DNA of 64,000 nt from Blepharisma stoltei ATCC 30299 (GCA_965603825.1 CBFDEM010000014.1:186001-250000), one strand, 5' to 3'. Shown: positions 34,842 to 47,354, numbered from the stretch's first letter. Notes: generated by a model not told the origin, from the letters alone. Made by a program: numbers and translations.

Positions 34842-35693
34842 ATGGGACTTTTTGGAAAAAAGAACCCAAAAATTTTGCGAGAAATTTACCACGGGACTAC
34901 AAGATTAAGAGTGATTCAAAATGAGCTGTGAAGAGAAAAAGTCGGGATCATTGTAAATGTTACTAATCAAACTCTTGACCACCCAGAAGGCGATTCTAAA
35001 CAAATTATTATTACCGGGTCTCATCAGCTAGTAATTTCTTGCAGAAATTGAGTTGCTCAGAATGGGCTTGTTCCTGTAGGAGATATCGCAGTAACTGAAG
35101 CAGGCAAATTAAAAGCATTGTACGTGATACATATTTCAAGTCCTGTATTTAATACAGATTTAGACAACCAAGAACAAGTGATCAAGGATTTGATATTAAA
35201 ATGCTTAAGAAAAGGAGAAGAATTGAGGGTAAATTCAATTTCTTTTCCTCCTTTTTGCCTAGATCATTTTGGGTTTCCAATAGAAATGGTCGTACCCACA
35301 ATGATAGATGCAGTCCAGGAGTATCTTTTAACTCATACTGACAATGCCTACTCAGAAATCAGGTTTGTAAGCCAACTGAAGCATGTTCGACACTGATTTA
35401 TCGATGAGTTTGAAAAGAGATGGCCGGATTGCATTCCAGTTAGCAAAAAGGAGTTAAAAAAGAAAGTGAAAAAAGAAAGATTGTCAGCCACTATAAGTGG
35501 AGATATAGCCAAGGATATAGAAAAGAAATATGTGAGAGATAAGACTCCACAAAGGCGAAAACCAGAAAAAAAAGTGATAGGAATTACAGCAGGTACTGAA
35601 ATTGAGCTTAGGGAAACCGACTTTGAGGAATTCAAAGATGCTCAGAAGCTCGGAAAATCAGATGTTTTAATTAATAATAATAATAATCTTTAA
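34842..35693 (+). CDS. Degenerate macro-domain protein, 283 aa
   Basis: Three TGA=W. IIVNVTN, GDIAVTEAGKLKALYVIH, SISFP..FGFP follow macrodomain topology. Confidence 0.82.
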
Positions 35694-35879
35694 ATTATTA
35701 TCCCTCTAATTTACTTGTACTGAATATTTTACGGCGATAAAACACACTTACTAAAGTTGCTTCTTACGAAACCTAAAAGCCCTTATCTTTTCATCCTTCG
35801 AACCACAATAAGTTAATTCGGCTTACAAAAAATTGTTCGCCACTAATATGTATATTTGATTTCAGTTTAAGAGACCTAA

Positions 35880-36638
35880 TTATTTTAATGTCAGTGCTTC
35901 CATAATAATACGCATGGCTTGCGTTATTTCTGAGAGCTGTAAATCTGGAGATACATTAGTCCACCACTCTTCTGGATTTGGGATCCTTATTAATTGTTGA
36001 GGACGAGGCATATTGCAAATTACCCCAGCAAGGACAACAGAAGCTACGGCAACAGCTAATGCTCTTATGCACAGCGGTGCAATTGTCCTCATGCTTTCAT
36101 TTGCCATAACTCTTGCCATTGTAAGGAATATTGCTCTGTCCTCAACCCCTGCGTAGAGTTTATCAATAATCAAATCTAAGTAATAAATGGGCAGGTCAAT
36201 TTCCATATCAAACTCCAGAGTCTTCATTAATTTGAATTCGGCTTTGAATATCTTGCTTAGGTACTCTGCTTTTAAGTTTTCGTCAAATACTGGGGGCTGG
36301 CGGTCAGAATTTGTGTGGAGTTTGCTGTGGATGATGTTGTGGTAGTAAGAAACAAAGGCAATCGGGTAGATTCTCTTGTTTTGACGTTTGAAATTGTGGA
36401 GTTTGCAGGAGAGGATTAAGGCGGAGGTACTCACAATGTGCCGGTCATAGTTTAGATAGCTCCTTCGAGTGAAAAATACATTGATCATATAATTAGCTGT
36501 GCATAGAACCTGCTCGTCAAGCTGCAGGTTTCGGCCCATTTCTGTGACGAATGCGAAATCTCCTGATCTCAGCTTTTGTTGAATTTCGAATGGAAGGCCC
36601 ACTCCTTGTCTGCACTCTTGCTCTGAAAATAAACGCAT
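35880..36638 (-). CDS. Transcriptional cyclin (T/K/L-like)
   Basis: Cyclin box: FVTEMGRNLQL..TANYMINVFF..SALILSCKL..AEFKLMKTLEFDMEIDLP. Confidence 0.85.
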   Translation of the reverse strand: MRLFSEQECRQGVGLPFEIQQKLRSGDFAFVTEMGRNLQLDEQVLCTANYMINVFFTRRSYLNYDRHIVSTSALILSCKLHNFKRQNKRIYPIAFVSYYHNIIHSKLHTNSDRQPPVFDENLKAEYLSKIFKAEFKLMKTLEFDMEIDLPIYYLDLIIDKLYAGVEDRAIFLTMARVMANESMRTIAPLCIRALAVAVASVVLAGVICNMPRPQQLIRIPNPEEWWTNVSPDLQLSEITQAMRIIMEALTLK

Positions 36639-36906
36639 TTTTATTATAATTGAATAGTTTAAAGGAAAATAAATAAATTCCCTGAAAAAAATAATAAATT
36701 TATAATGTTCTTTCTCTGCTTAAATATATATTTAAATCAAAATTCATCCTATTAATGTACAATTCTAAATCAATTATTATAGTAAAAAATAAAACGCATC
36801 AAAAATTAGATAAGAAATGAAATAATTTAAGAAAAATAATTTTAGATACCTAAAAATGAGCTAGATTTTAAATATTTTTTTACTTAAATTCATTTAGGAT
36901 GTATTT

Positions 36907-37314
36907 TTATTCTTGATATTTCAGCATATTTCCAAAGTATCCTGCTCCTAATGAAAATAAAATTATATACTTGCCGAGGTGATTGCGTGGAATTTCCCAT
37001 GCTTTATGCCAAAGAGTCAATGTGATTCCTGCTGCAATTCCATAATTTAACCCATCATTGACTCTCCTACTCTTTTCTAATGCTGTCACTAAAAACATTA
37101 AGGTTGCTAAGCTTCCACCTGCAACTAGCATATTTTTGATAACAAAAAAGCTCAATGCTCCAGAATATCTTAATGATCCCATATCATTTCTCTTAACTTC
37201 ATGCTTGGCAAAGAAAAGACCAAAATAAAAGCCCAAGTTTGCACCTTTTATCAATCATTCCATGGCTTTGTCAACTCCAGAAACTTTATTCACATAATAA
37301 TCGGACGAAGCCAT
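36907..37314 (-). CDS. Tim17/22/23-NDUFA11-like small membrane protein, 135 aa
   Basis: ATG 37314, one TGA=W. Gly-rich TM helices, LEKSRRVNDGLNYGIAAG. Confidence 0.6.
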
Positions 37315-37700
37315 AATAAATTATATTTATCTTTGATAATTTACATTATTTTAAGCTAGATATTCAAATATTAAAATTAAATCGTTCGCAAAATTTAGCA
37401 CAGAATTTAAGGCGATTATCATTAAGTATTCTATATATATAATTCCTTTGCTCTACATCCTTCAATAATTTCATCATGAAATTTATTATTTAATTGCTAT
37501 ACAATGCAATGCCAAATATACTTTAATTTATTTTTCTAATTATATATTTATATGCCTTTATAATTATTCACCTAATAAATTTTAATATATATCAACTTTA
37601 AATTGCACTCTTTTAACAAAATTAATCAGCCCTGTAACAAAAAATTTTATTTTTTTTAAATGCCAGATTTTTAATATTTCTTTAACATTAATAACAGAAA

Positions 37701-40700
37701 ATGATAAGCTTATCAAAGCAAGGAGCTCTACGTGTTCAATCATCCAAAATTTTCAGGTATGTCAGAGTGAATTCTCAATCAGAGCATCCTTATATGCTGA
37801 TCATGACTCACAATATAGCTGAAGTTACATCTGGAGGGAAGCTCTTAAAAGTATTACTCCCAGGTAAAGACGTAAAAGTCCTCATAGTCGGCATTTCAGA
37901 CGATAAATCATTAGTAGCTGGAGTTCTCTCAAATGGAAGCGTTGTGCTTTGGTCGAAGCATAAAAGGCTTTTTCAAAGTTTTTTGGTGCCTCCACAATTA
38001 AAACTTGCTTTTGATAAATATAAGAAAGACTACTGCGGAATTGGGGTTAGTAGCAAAGGAATCCTTATAATTGATCCAGATGAGCAGGTTTGGCTATGAA
38101 AGCCTGATCCAGACTTTAGCGATCCAAACAATTTAAGTCCTCATTTAAAGGGCACCTGGGTAAATTTGACGTCCTCAACTCTTAATAAAATCAGAAACAG
38201 AAAAATCAATTCTTCTCGAGTAAGTCCAGCTGATTCCCCTACATCAAGCTCTCCTAGAAAGCAAGCAGCGAAGTCAAGATACAACTCTTTTGCTTATTCA
38301 ATCAGATTTACTCATGACCATATCAGAGGACAAGCTGCAAACGTATTAAGAGTATGGCTTAGATCAGCCAATAAAGAATCCTGCACAATAGAGTCTTTAT
38401 ATTTTTTAGCCAAAATCAACGATCTCGAACAAACAACCCCAAAAGGGTCATCAACTTTTAAACTAGAAAAATACGTATGCAAAGGACAACTGGAGTTTTG
38501 AAGCAAAAAAGGTAGCAAAGACATGGGTCTGATAGTGAGACTCGACAACAAAGGATCTTTAGCTGCGATTGCAGTCAACTCGTCGCATCCTTTTTTCTGC
38601 CAATTAGTATTTATGAACCCAGCTACCGGTATAGCGTCGACCAGAAAACTATGCAATTATGTAACTGTAGACGATATGCCAAGCACCTCTCAGGATGGAC
38701 ATACGTCATTTTGGATTGATGATATGTCATGATCTCCAGATGATACTTATTTGGCAGTCATATACAGAGTAGGGTATTTTTCAATCTTTTCAAGACTTGG
38801 AGAGCCAATTTGTACATCTGTCGAAATGATAAGAACGGTTCCTGAAGCTAGGATATTTTCTTTGCTTATATTTACAACTGATCCAGAACTGCTAAAAGAT
38901 GGAGCTGTACTTATGAGTGTTGATTGGGGAGCAACAGAAATTCTGGTAAGTGATGGCTATACCATTACAAATCTCAAAATTGTGCATTGTCCAAGTATAA
39001 AAGATCATATAGCTCAATATTTACCTCAAGAAATAGAGCTGCATGATGTTACGATAAACATTTCTCATGACACAAATCCTTTGCCAAGTGATATGGACTC
39101 GGGCCCAAGGCGAAAAAACTTAGATCAAGCAGTCTTACTATTGAGATCTGTCATAAGTAATCCTACCGTTTACACAAAATTCTTATTTGACCAAATTGCA
39201 AGTTATATTGAAACAGTAATTCCTCCTCAACTGCATGAAGAAATTAACTACACTACAATCCAGAACATTGGAGAAATGTCCGATAGCAAACTGTCCAGCA
39301 ATTTAATTTTAAAGAAAAAAATCCATGCAGTTGAGGTTTATTCCCATCTGCATCAGCTAATTGATTTACTTGGATATTCAATATGCTCATCAAGCGATTT
39401 TTTTGACTGGATCATATATGTGGGTTCTAAAGTGTTCATTTACATGCTTTCTGATCATCAAGCTCCTTATGCGTTCAATGTTTTGGCTACACTTGAAGAT
39501 TGGTTAGGTTTTAAGCTGCAAAGGCTTAGAAATGTATTAATTGTATATTCCCTAATTCAATACAGAAACCACCAAGCCAACCATCTCAACATTGTATATT
39601 TTGTTATTACTTATGTAGCTCTCAGAGAAAAACAAAGAGTGATTCAAAAACCGACTGAATCTGGATTTTTAAGAATGTTCCTCAAAGAAAACATGGACCT
39701 CGCCCAAGCATCTGATGAAAAAAACCAAGAAAAAAGCATTTTCCCATCATTTTATATAAATCCTGCATCCAGAAGGAGCATTGACTGCAACTTGCACTAT
39801 CTTTTAGGAATGCCTCAATCTTTCGAAGAAATTGGACAAGAGGTATGTTTTCAGCTGACAAAAGGAAACATCCAGCACGTTGAAGGATATCACAATTTAG
39901 AGTTTATCCCTTTATTAGCCTTTTATTTGGACCCAAAAGAGCCTTTATTTTTATCACCAGTAGAATACCAATCAGTGCCTTTTCAATCAGCTAAAAACAT
40001 TTCAGAGCTTTTGTCAGGAATTAAAAGCCTTGCTACAGTGCCGCTGCAAAAAGATGAAAAAACGACAAAGGATTCTGCATTTTTATATTGGTGTCTAGGA
40101 AGTTTTAATAAGCTTCAAGAACTTTTGCCTTCTGATATGGCATTTTATGCTATAAATAGTCTTTTGGATAATTTGAAAACTGAAGAAGTACTTGATGCTA
40201 TTGAAGTTATGAAGGCTTTGTTTGTAAAATGCGATTTTTTGGCTGTCATTGATTCAATATCGCCATCTATACAACCATTGTTTAGGACATTAGGGATTTA
40301 TTCAATCAGAGAAGAAATTGCGTCTATTCTATTAAACCAAAAAGAAGAGTGAATAGGAGTAGATGAAGATTGGCTGATTTCTAAGATATGCAATTATTTT
40401 ATTCCATGCATTAAGACTGATAAGCTTCTTTCCCAACTGATTTATCTTTCTGGATCTGTGAAAATAAATAAAAAAGTCCATAACAGTTCTTGGCTATCTC
40501 CTCTTATTGCAGAACTTGATGGAGTCTCTCAAGTCACCATAGAAACAAAAAACCTTTTGCATGATGTTTATAAATGTTTTTGGTACATTAAATTGCGAGG
40601 CCATCTTATGACTGGAAAGCATCCTTCCAGTGCAATTAGATTGATTTCATTTATAGATATTGAAGACAAAAATAAAATCTATAATTTTATTATTGAATCT

Positions 40701-41621
40701 TTGTGGGAAGCTGATAATTCTATAGTAGAATTAATAGCTCTTTATTTCAGGGAGTCTGAAATACCAATTCACTTGTTAGGGCCATTTGAGGACTGGAAAA
40801 ATTTCATAAGAGAAAAGGATCAGACCTTTTATCAGCAGGTTTGTCAAGCCTTGAAGCAGCCTCCTTATAATAGTCCTTGGCTATTTGATGAAGATTTTTT
40901 GAATTTTTCTGAAGAAATCTCAAAATTAACTATTGCTCAGCAGAAAACTAAAGATTCAGTAGCAAAATCGTGGGATCTTTCTGTAAAATCTCTAAAAAAG
41001 CAATATAGAATTGAGTCAAGAATTATGTTTTCGAACGGATCATTTAGCTATATAAAAAGCGTTGATCCATGGGATCCTTTAGCTGTAATAAGTGCATTTA
41101 CACTTGACTTGCCTAGTCTAGCTCTAAATCCCAATAAGCACCATTCTCATCAATCTGATTTGCCATCGCCTCTAATCACTATGAAAAAAAGACTAAAACT
41201 AAGTGTCAACGACCCTGAAGATTTTTATGATGAATATCCCCTAACTTTACATAAAATTATTGCATGTAAAAGATTTGCTTCTATTTTCCGAGCAAATCTT
41301 AAGCCAATGTTCGGCAAGCTTTTAAGAAAAAAGAAAAGGTATAAGATGCCTCCATTGCCAAAACCTGCTCAACAAAAAAATACTTCTAATGGTGCAGTGG
41401 CTTTTCAATTTATTTGCTTCAAATCACCCCTTGGAGCTGAAACTGAAAGAAGAGTTTTGAATACTCCAAGAAATCTTCCTTTAAGTTTTGCTCATTTATT
41501 AGAAACTTCAGGGAAAAACCCTCGGCATAGACGTGCGCAGTCAGTAGTTGAGATAAGTGAGCCCCAATCACAAAAACCTTTCCAGCTGATACGTGTCCAG
41601 AATTCAAACTTAAGATTATAA
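37701..41621 (+). CDS. CPLANE1: CPLANE1 (C5orf42/JBTS17)-like beta-propeller ciliogenesis protein, 1306 aa
   Basis: Five same-frame ORFs joined by 4 TGA=W. VAGVLSNGSVVLWSK, SFWIDDMSW(TGA)SPDDTYLAVIYRVG and LVSDGYTIT match CPLANE1 N-terminal blocks as I recall them. Confidence 0.72.
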
Positions 41622-41742
41622 TTATTCATAAACTCAATGATTTAACTTAAAAAATAATTTTATAGCTTTTAAATACATAATTATTTATTTTATAGTCCTA
41701 GGACAACGATGTTTCTGATGAAGACTAAATATGCCATAAAAT

Positions 41743-42093
41743 ATGTTTAGATATAAGGAAGAAAAGACCTTGGATGAAAGAAAGCACGAGACCGAGAAAA
41801 TTCAAAGCAGATGGCCAGAAAAAATCCCAATTATACTAGAAAAAGACTCAAGATGCACTCTTGAGGCTTTGCCTAAAAGTAAGTTCTTGTGCTCGAATGA
41901 TTTTACAGTTCAACAGTTTACAGCAAGCATCCGTAAAAAATTGAACCTCGATAAAAGTGCTGGTGTTTTTATATTCATAGGTGGAAAGGAACTTTTATCT
42001 GGTGAAGCTCTGATGAGAGAAGTTTATCAACAAAAAAAAGATGAAGACGGATTTCTTTATATGCTTTATTCTGAGCATGAAGTTTTGGGATAG
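41743..42093 (+). CDS. ATG8: ATG8/GABARAP-family ubiquitin-like protein
   Basis: RWPEKIPIILEK, KSKFL, KKDEDGFLYMLYS, terminal Gly. Confidence 0.95.
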   Translation: MFRYKEEKTLDERKHETEKIQSRWPEKIPIILEKDSRCTLEALPKSKFLCSNDFTVQQFTASIRKKLNLDKSAGVFIFIGGKELLSGEALMREVYQQKKDEDGFLYMLYSEHEVLG

Positions 42094-42324
42094 TGGCTGA
42101 TTTAAATAAAGAATTGATTTAGATTAATTTACTTCACCAATAATAAAAATGATTAAATTAATATTTTGAAAAAGAAAACTCTTTAATGACTATTATCATT
42201 TCTTTCTAATTAGAGTTAGTGCAATAAATTGTTTATTATTATATTTAAATTCTTTAAATCATTTTCCCATTTCTATGATATCTTTCTATAAATTTACTTC
42301 AATTTAAATTTATTAAATTACTAC

Positions 42325-44085
42325 TTACCACTCTCCAGGCCAAAACTTCTTCCTCTCCATGATTTCTCTTTCCTTTTTCCTTTTCTTTACAAACTCAATC
42401 CACTTCATCGCATATTTCCAAGTAATCGCATGCTTTCTATGTGCTCTCATCTGTTCATTTGCAATATCCTGGAAATTCCTATTTAGAATTTTTTGCTGTG
42501 CAGAATTCATAGAAGGCTTGATTTCATCCCATCTTGCAATATCCTTCACAACCGCATGCTTCTGCAATTTGACTTCATAATGTTCTCTTTTCAGCTGTTC
42601 CTCATTTAATTTCTCTTTCAAACTTGCATTTTCCTTTTCCAAGAACTCAATCCTCTTCTTAAAATTTTCATGCTCAATTTTTGTTAATTTCAATTCTTCG
42701 ACAGCTCCTTCGAGCTCTTCTACATAGTCAATGTACCCTCCTTCAGTTTTTGCGAGCTCTTTTTTCATTTCTTCAGTCATTTTTTTCTTTCCGGGGGACC
42801 TTCTTGTTGCGCCTCTTTTTCCCCTTTTTCTAGTTGCTTCATCTTCTAGTCTTTGTTTTTGTAATTTTTCGTTTAAAAAAATTGATCCTAGGACTTCTGG
42901 CTTCTGTATAGGTTTTTGAAGCTGCTTTATTTGTTCATTATAGCGATAAAATACAAAAAGAGGTGGATTTGTAGGAGTTGTTTGGTTGCTGAAAAAGACA
43001 TCTTCGAATGATCGGTCTGGGTGATAACTGAGCTGACGATTTGGGTCTCTTTGACGTATAGCTACAGCTTTTCCGACATCTAACTCTACAAATAGTTCTT
43101 CGCTTGACAAATAATCCCTTGGAAGAAACAATTTTGGCTCTTTATCTCTGATAAATAAAGAGCAATGAAGGTTAAATAGCAATTTATAAATTTTTACAGC
43201 AATTGCAGGAGCTCGTGATGCTATTTCATTAAGTATATCTCGATGAACCATTAGCATGAACCCATGAGTATGCCCAACAATATCATTATCTCATAACTTC
43301 CCAGGGCTTAAAAAATGCTCCATTCCAAAAATAGATTCTTCTTTGATAAACATTGACATATAATCCTGCATTTCTGCCAAGTCTCCTTTAATCACTACAA
43401 ACAGTGCATTTTCTGAGTACCCTTTTTTCAAAATCAGTTGGTTTGGCTCAAAATTTACAATTTTGCAGAGGCTTAAAAATACCTTTAAGTCAAGTCTTTC
43501 CAAGAAATTGGTAACTTTTCTAGAAAATTCTCTATGAAGATTGATAAGTTCAAGTAGTTTTTTTGATGAATATTCAGTTGTTTGAATTCTTGGAGGATGG
43601 AGAAACTGCTCAGATGTGTATTGATAATACATGACGTCTAAAACTCTATAAGCTAGCATCTCATAAAACTTGAACACGATTTTTGTCTGTTTTCTATGCA
43701 TTGCTTTGATATCTTCAAGATAAAAAACACTGATATACCCATCATCATTCGCAATTATATCAAACCTATGCCGCGCATTATCTTTAAGCTCTAATACTCC
43801 CATATACCCTATAAGATCCCCTACTCCTACCACTCCAAGTTTTAAAAAATCACTTGACACAACTCCGCCTCCGCTTAAAACGATTCCAAATCATTCCACA
43901 ATTTCTCCTCTTCTTACAATCTGATTATTTGCAAAAAATTTCAGAGTGGTCCCAAGGTCAGACAATGTATTAAGCTCTTCTTTGCTTCATCCCCTAAAGA
44001 CTTGTGTTTCTTGCTTTATAAGTTGGAATAGCTTTCGGGTTTGAATTTGGTCTAATTCATTAGTCGGCCTTTGGAATTTAGACAT
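42325..44085 (-). CDS. Protein with two degenerate cNMP-binding domains and a coiled coil, 586 aa
   Basis: ATG 44085, 3 TGA=W. IVRRGE..GIVLSG..GDLIGYM and ILKKG..LFVVIKG..IFGME. Confidence 0.8.
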
Positions 44086-44107
44086 TTTTAAAAAATTAGT
44101 AAATTAG

Positions 44108-45988
44108 TTATAAATTAAACGTGTACTCAAGCTCAATTATTCCAGTTTCAGATTGGAATTTAAATGCATTGAACTGTGTAATAAAATATACATACTCATC
44201 AGTAATGACAGGGTCTCCTGGAGTTCATCACTCAGCTTCTTGGATTGTGGAGATTTCGGTACAAGACATGCTTGTGGGGCATAAGCGAATTGCTTTTTTC
44301 CTTTGAAAGAGCAGGATTGTTTTATTGTGAGGAAACATGCAGCATCTTCCTGGAACTGATAATCTGACTCTAATTAATGAAAACTTTTCACTAACAGCAT
44401 TAAAAGCTTCAATGGAGTCGATCCCGCTTCCTCCAGCCACAAAAATTCGTCCACTATGAACGCATGCTGCATGACAGTCTCTTGCAATATTCAAATTGCC
44501 TGTTTTTTGCCACTTTTTAGTATTAAGGTTCAATCTTTCACAATCCTTCATTGGATTTGTATTAAATCCCCCAAGAGCATATACATAGTTTCCTAATGCC
44601 ACTTGTGCATGATTATATCGTGCCTGCATCAAATTTGGCACTTTTTCTGTAAATTTGTCATATAAGTTATACATAAATGTATGTTTTAAAGCATTTCCGT
44701 CGTAGCCTCCAGTAAGGATTAATTTCCCGTCTTCGCTGACACCCCAAGAGCTTTTAGAATAAAAAATGTCATTTTCAAAAATAATTTCTTCTGAGTCTTT
44801 TGTAGATGTGTTGTAAATAATCAGTCTTGAGGATTCAGGGATAAAACAATAGAGAGATGGAGGAAGAGGGTCAGAACTTCGGGATTTTTGAAATGAGGAG
44901 ATTTGTTGCATTCGGGGATCTACTGAGAGGCGGCCTTTAAGCACACCTAGTTCTATGCTTTTTGATGATCTTAAGGAGAGATTTAGTTTTCTTGAAGGAG
45001 ATTCGGCAACTGAGGATCTTGACTCTCTAAAAGGATTTTTTGAAGAAGGAACGGTTTTACTGTGTGAAATAACAAGAATGTCTCTGGAATGGTGCCTTTT
45101 TAAAGAAGCATCATGAGAGTCGATGTTTTCTGCTTTCACACTTTGTATAACTGGCACTGGTATTGCTTTCCGGGGTACTCCATTGGTTGATGAAAACGAA
45201 AGTCTTTCTACTGCGTTATCAGATAGTGCTCTTTCTAGCCTAATAGGCGATGCTTCTTTCCCATTTTTTTCAAGTCTGGAGCCTGGGACAGCGATTTTTG
45301 ATTTTCTAATTGGCTCATGCTTATCAGCGTTATCGCCAGGATGCGCTTGAGGAAGTCTATTTGCCATAATAGTGTTATCCTTCAATATATCAAAACAAAA
45401 ATAAACCGCATCTTTCACACTATCTTTGATCCCCAGCTCTTTAAATTTTAGGTCTTTCTTCGTAATATCTATATTTCTTACCTCTTCCACTGACTTGCAC
45501 CTTAACAGCAAGCTCAAAATGGGATGATTTGAATCATGTGAAAGCTTTAACAGCACTAATGCATTTCTTAATTCCTTTTGTGCATCATTGCATTTTTCAT
45601 TAACAAAATTATTGATAAATTTTGAGGCATCTGCCACTTCTCTCTGCACACTTTTAATAAACTCAGCTATAACTTGCAATGAAATATTTTTAAATTCATC
45701 AAGCTCAAGAATCTCATTTGCGAGTTTTGATTGAATTGCGTTGATTACTTCTTGCTGATGTGTGGCGATTCGTAGGAATTTTTCTTCTTCTTTATTTAAA
45801 TCTTCAAGGTTTTGAGTATATTTTGGGGATAAAGATAAATCACTTAAAGGAACTGGTTTGTGGGATATTGATGGATTATCTAAGAGGTGCTTTCCAATAC
45901 ATTTTTCACATAGAGAAATATTTGAGCAAAAACAGATTAGCTTTGCCTTCTCTTGACAGACTATACAGTTCAAGAGCTGATTGGACAT
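44108..45988 (-). CDS. B-box-like zinc finger, coiled coil, S-rich linker and Kelch repeats, 626 aa
   Basis: CIVC..CFC..CEKC..H..H. Kelch motifs LTGGYDG, VYALGG, IFVAGG. Tandem TGA TGA=WW at 44225-44230, TAA at 44108. Confidence 0.85.
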
Positions 45989-46217
45989 TTATTAATGAAT
46001 TTGCAAAGAGAGAACACCATAACTATTTAAAGGAAAAAATGCATCATGTCATTAATATATGATTCTAGGTTGATTTAATGTTTATATATATGCTGAAACC
46101 GTTTTTATTATTCTTTATAACTTTAATTTATTTTCAAGATTTTTCAGATATATTCTGCCAATAGACATATCATTTTACCCATAAAATGATTCATTAAGCT
46201 AAATTAGAAACAAAATA

Positions 46218-46682
46218 ATGGAAGAAGACAATCATATACTCAACTTAATGCAATTTATATCTCACATACAGCAAAAAGAGTTCACAGAGGCATTAAATTT
46301 AGCTGAGGAGAGTATAATTAATTTAGTCCTAAAAGTGGAGCCAAATAATAAGCTCGTTCTTCAGTTCAAAGAAATATTGCCATTCACAATTGATAAAAGT
46401 AAAAAATATCCAGAAAAAGCAGAGGATTTAGCAGAGCTTGAGGCTGAAGAAGAATCAAGTGAAGAAGAATCAAGCGAAGAAGAAAAACAAGATGAAGAGA
46501 ATAAAGCGCAGGAAAATGGAATTGAAGAAGGTGGGTAATAATTAGAAAATGAAAAAGATAGTGATGAAGAAAACCCTGATGGAGAGTATAATTACCTTGA
46601 AGCAAGCTCATCAAGTGAAGAAAGCTCTGGATCTGACTCTGAAGAGATTGATCCACAAGAAGTTGGGAAATACGTGATTTAA
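46218..46682 (+). CDS. ERICH2-like glutamate-rich protein, about 139 aa, up to three 15-nt introns
   Basis: After splicing reads EALNLAEEILKVEPNN, followed by an acidic tail to TAA 46680. Confidence 0.7.
46312..46326 (+). other. Probable 15-nt intron GTATAATTAATTTAG (in frame, no stop)
   Basis: Consensus match with A10. Removal gives the TPR-like ILxxEPxN spacing. Confidence 0.75.
46399..46413 (+). other. Possible 15-nt intron GTAAAAAATATCCAG (in frame, no stop)
   Basis: GTAA..A10..CAG consensus only. Confidence 0.55.
46531..46545 (+). other. 15-nt intron with atypical donor, GTGGGTAATAATTAG
   Basis: Removes in-frame TAA TAA and links two acidic segments. A10. Confidence 0.75.
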
Positions 46683-46839
46683 TTTAAATTATTATCAGTG
46701 AAAAAGCAATTTAAAAGAAATATTCTATTTTCCATTAAGAATCTCATAGAATTTACACTTATTAAAAGCTCCCTGTATTTAAATTAGAGGCATTTATATA
46801 TAATTTCAGTCAAATGTTCCTATTTAGCTTTTATTAAGC

Positions 46840-47262
46840 TTAATCTTCTTCTGCCTTATCATAAAAAGGATTTTCGCCTGGTTTCCACTTAGGCACCGGG
46901 TCACGAGAAACATTAGGCTTAGCTCCCACTGAAACCCAAAGCACCCACCAATACGTTGCTTGACTAATAGGGATGAATCCCCAAAGAACAAGCATGCAAG
47001 GGAGATAATATCTTGACGACCAAATCATTGTTCTTTCTAAGAAAAAATTGTTCTTCACATTATGCCTGTTCTTGAGTAGATATTTGTCAAGCGCAATATT
47101 GAACGCTCCCCATGCAACTGAGATTTCTGCTAATAAGATCTTGAATTTCCTTGTGCGGCCACCTCCATAGAGATAGGTGTTTTCAATCTTCGATGGGCAA
47201 AGATCATCAGGTCCTTCAGGCCACCTAATACCTTTAGCTTGTGCTTCTTTGAATGAAGTCAT
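46840..47262 (-). CDS. Small membrane protein of unknown function, 140 aa
   Basis: Clean ORF, Trp-rich hydrophobic segments. Confidence 0.7.
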   Translation of the reverse strand: MTSFKEAQAKGIRWPEGPDDLCPSKIENTYLYGGGRTRKFKILLAEISVAWGAFNIALDKYLLKNRHNVKNNFFLERTMIWSSRYYLPCMLVLWGFIPISQATYWWVLWVSVGAKPNVSRDPVPKWKPGENPFYDKAEED

Positions 47263-47354
47263 TTATAAATGGCCAAGAATAAATAAATTCATATTTAGAT
47301 AGCTTAACTGGAATGCTTGCAATAATAAGAAATAAGCAATATTTTATCGTAAAT

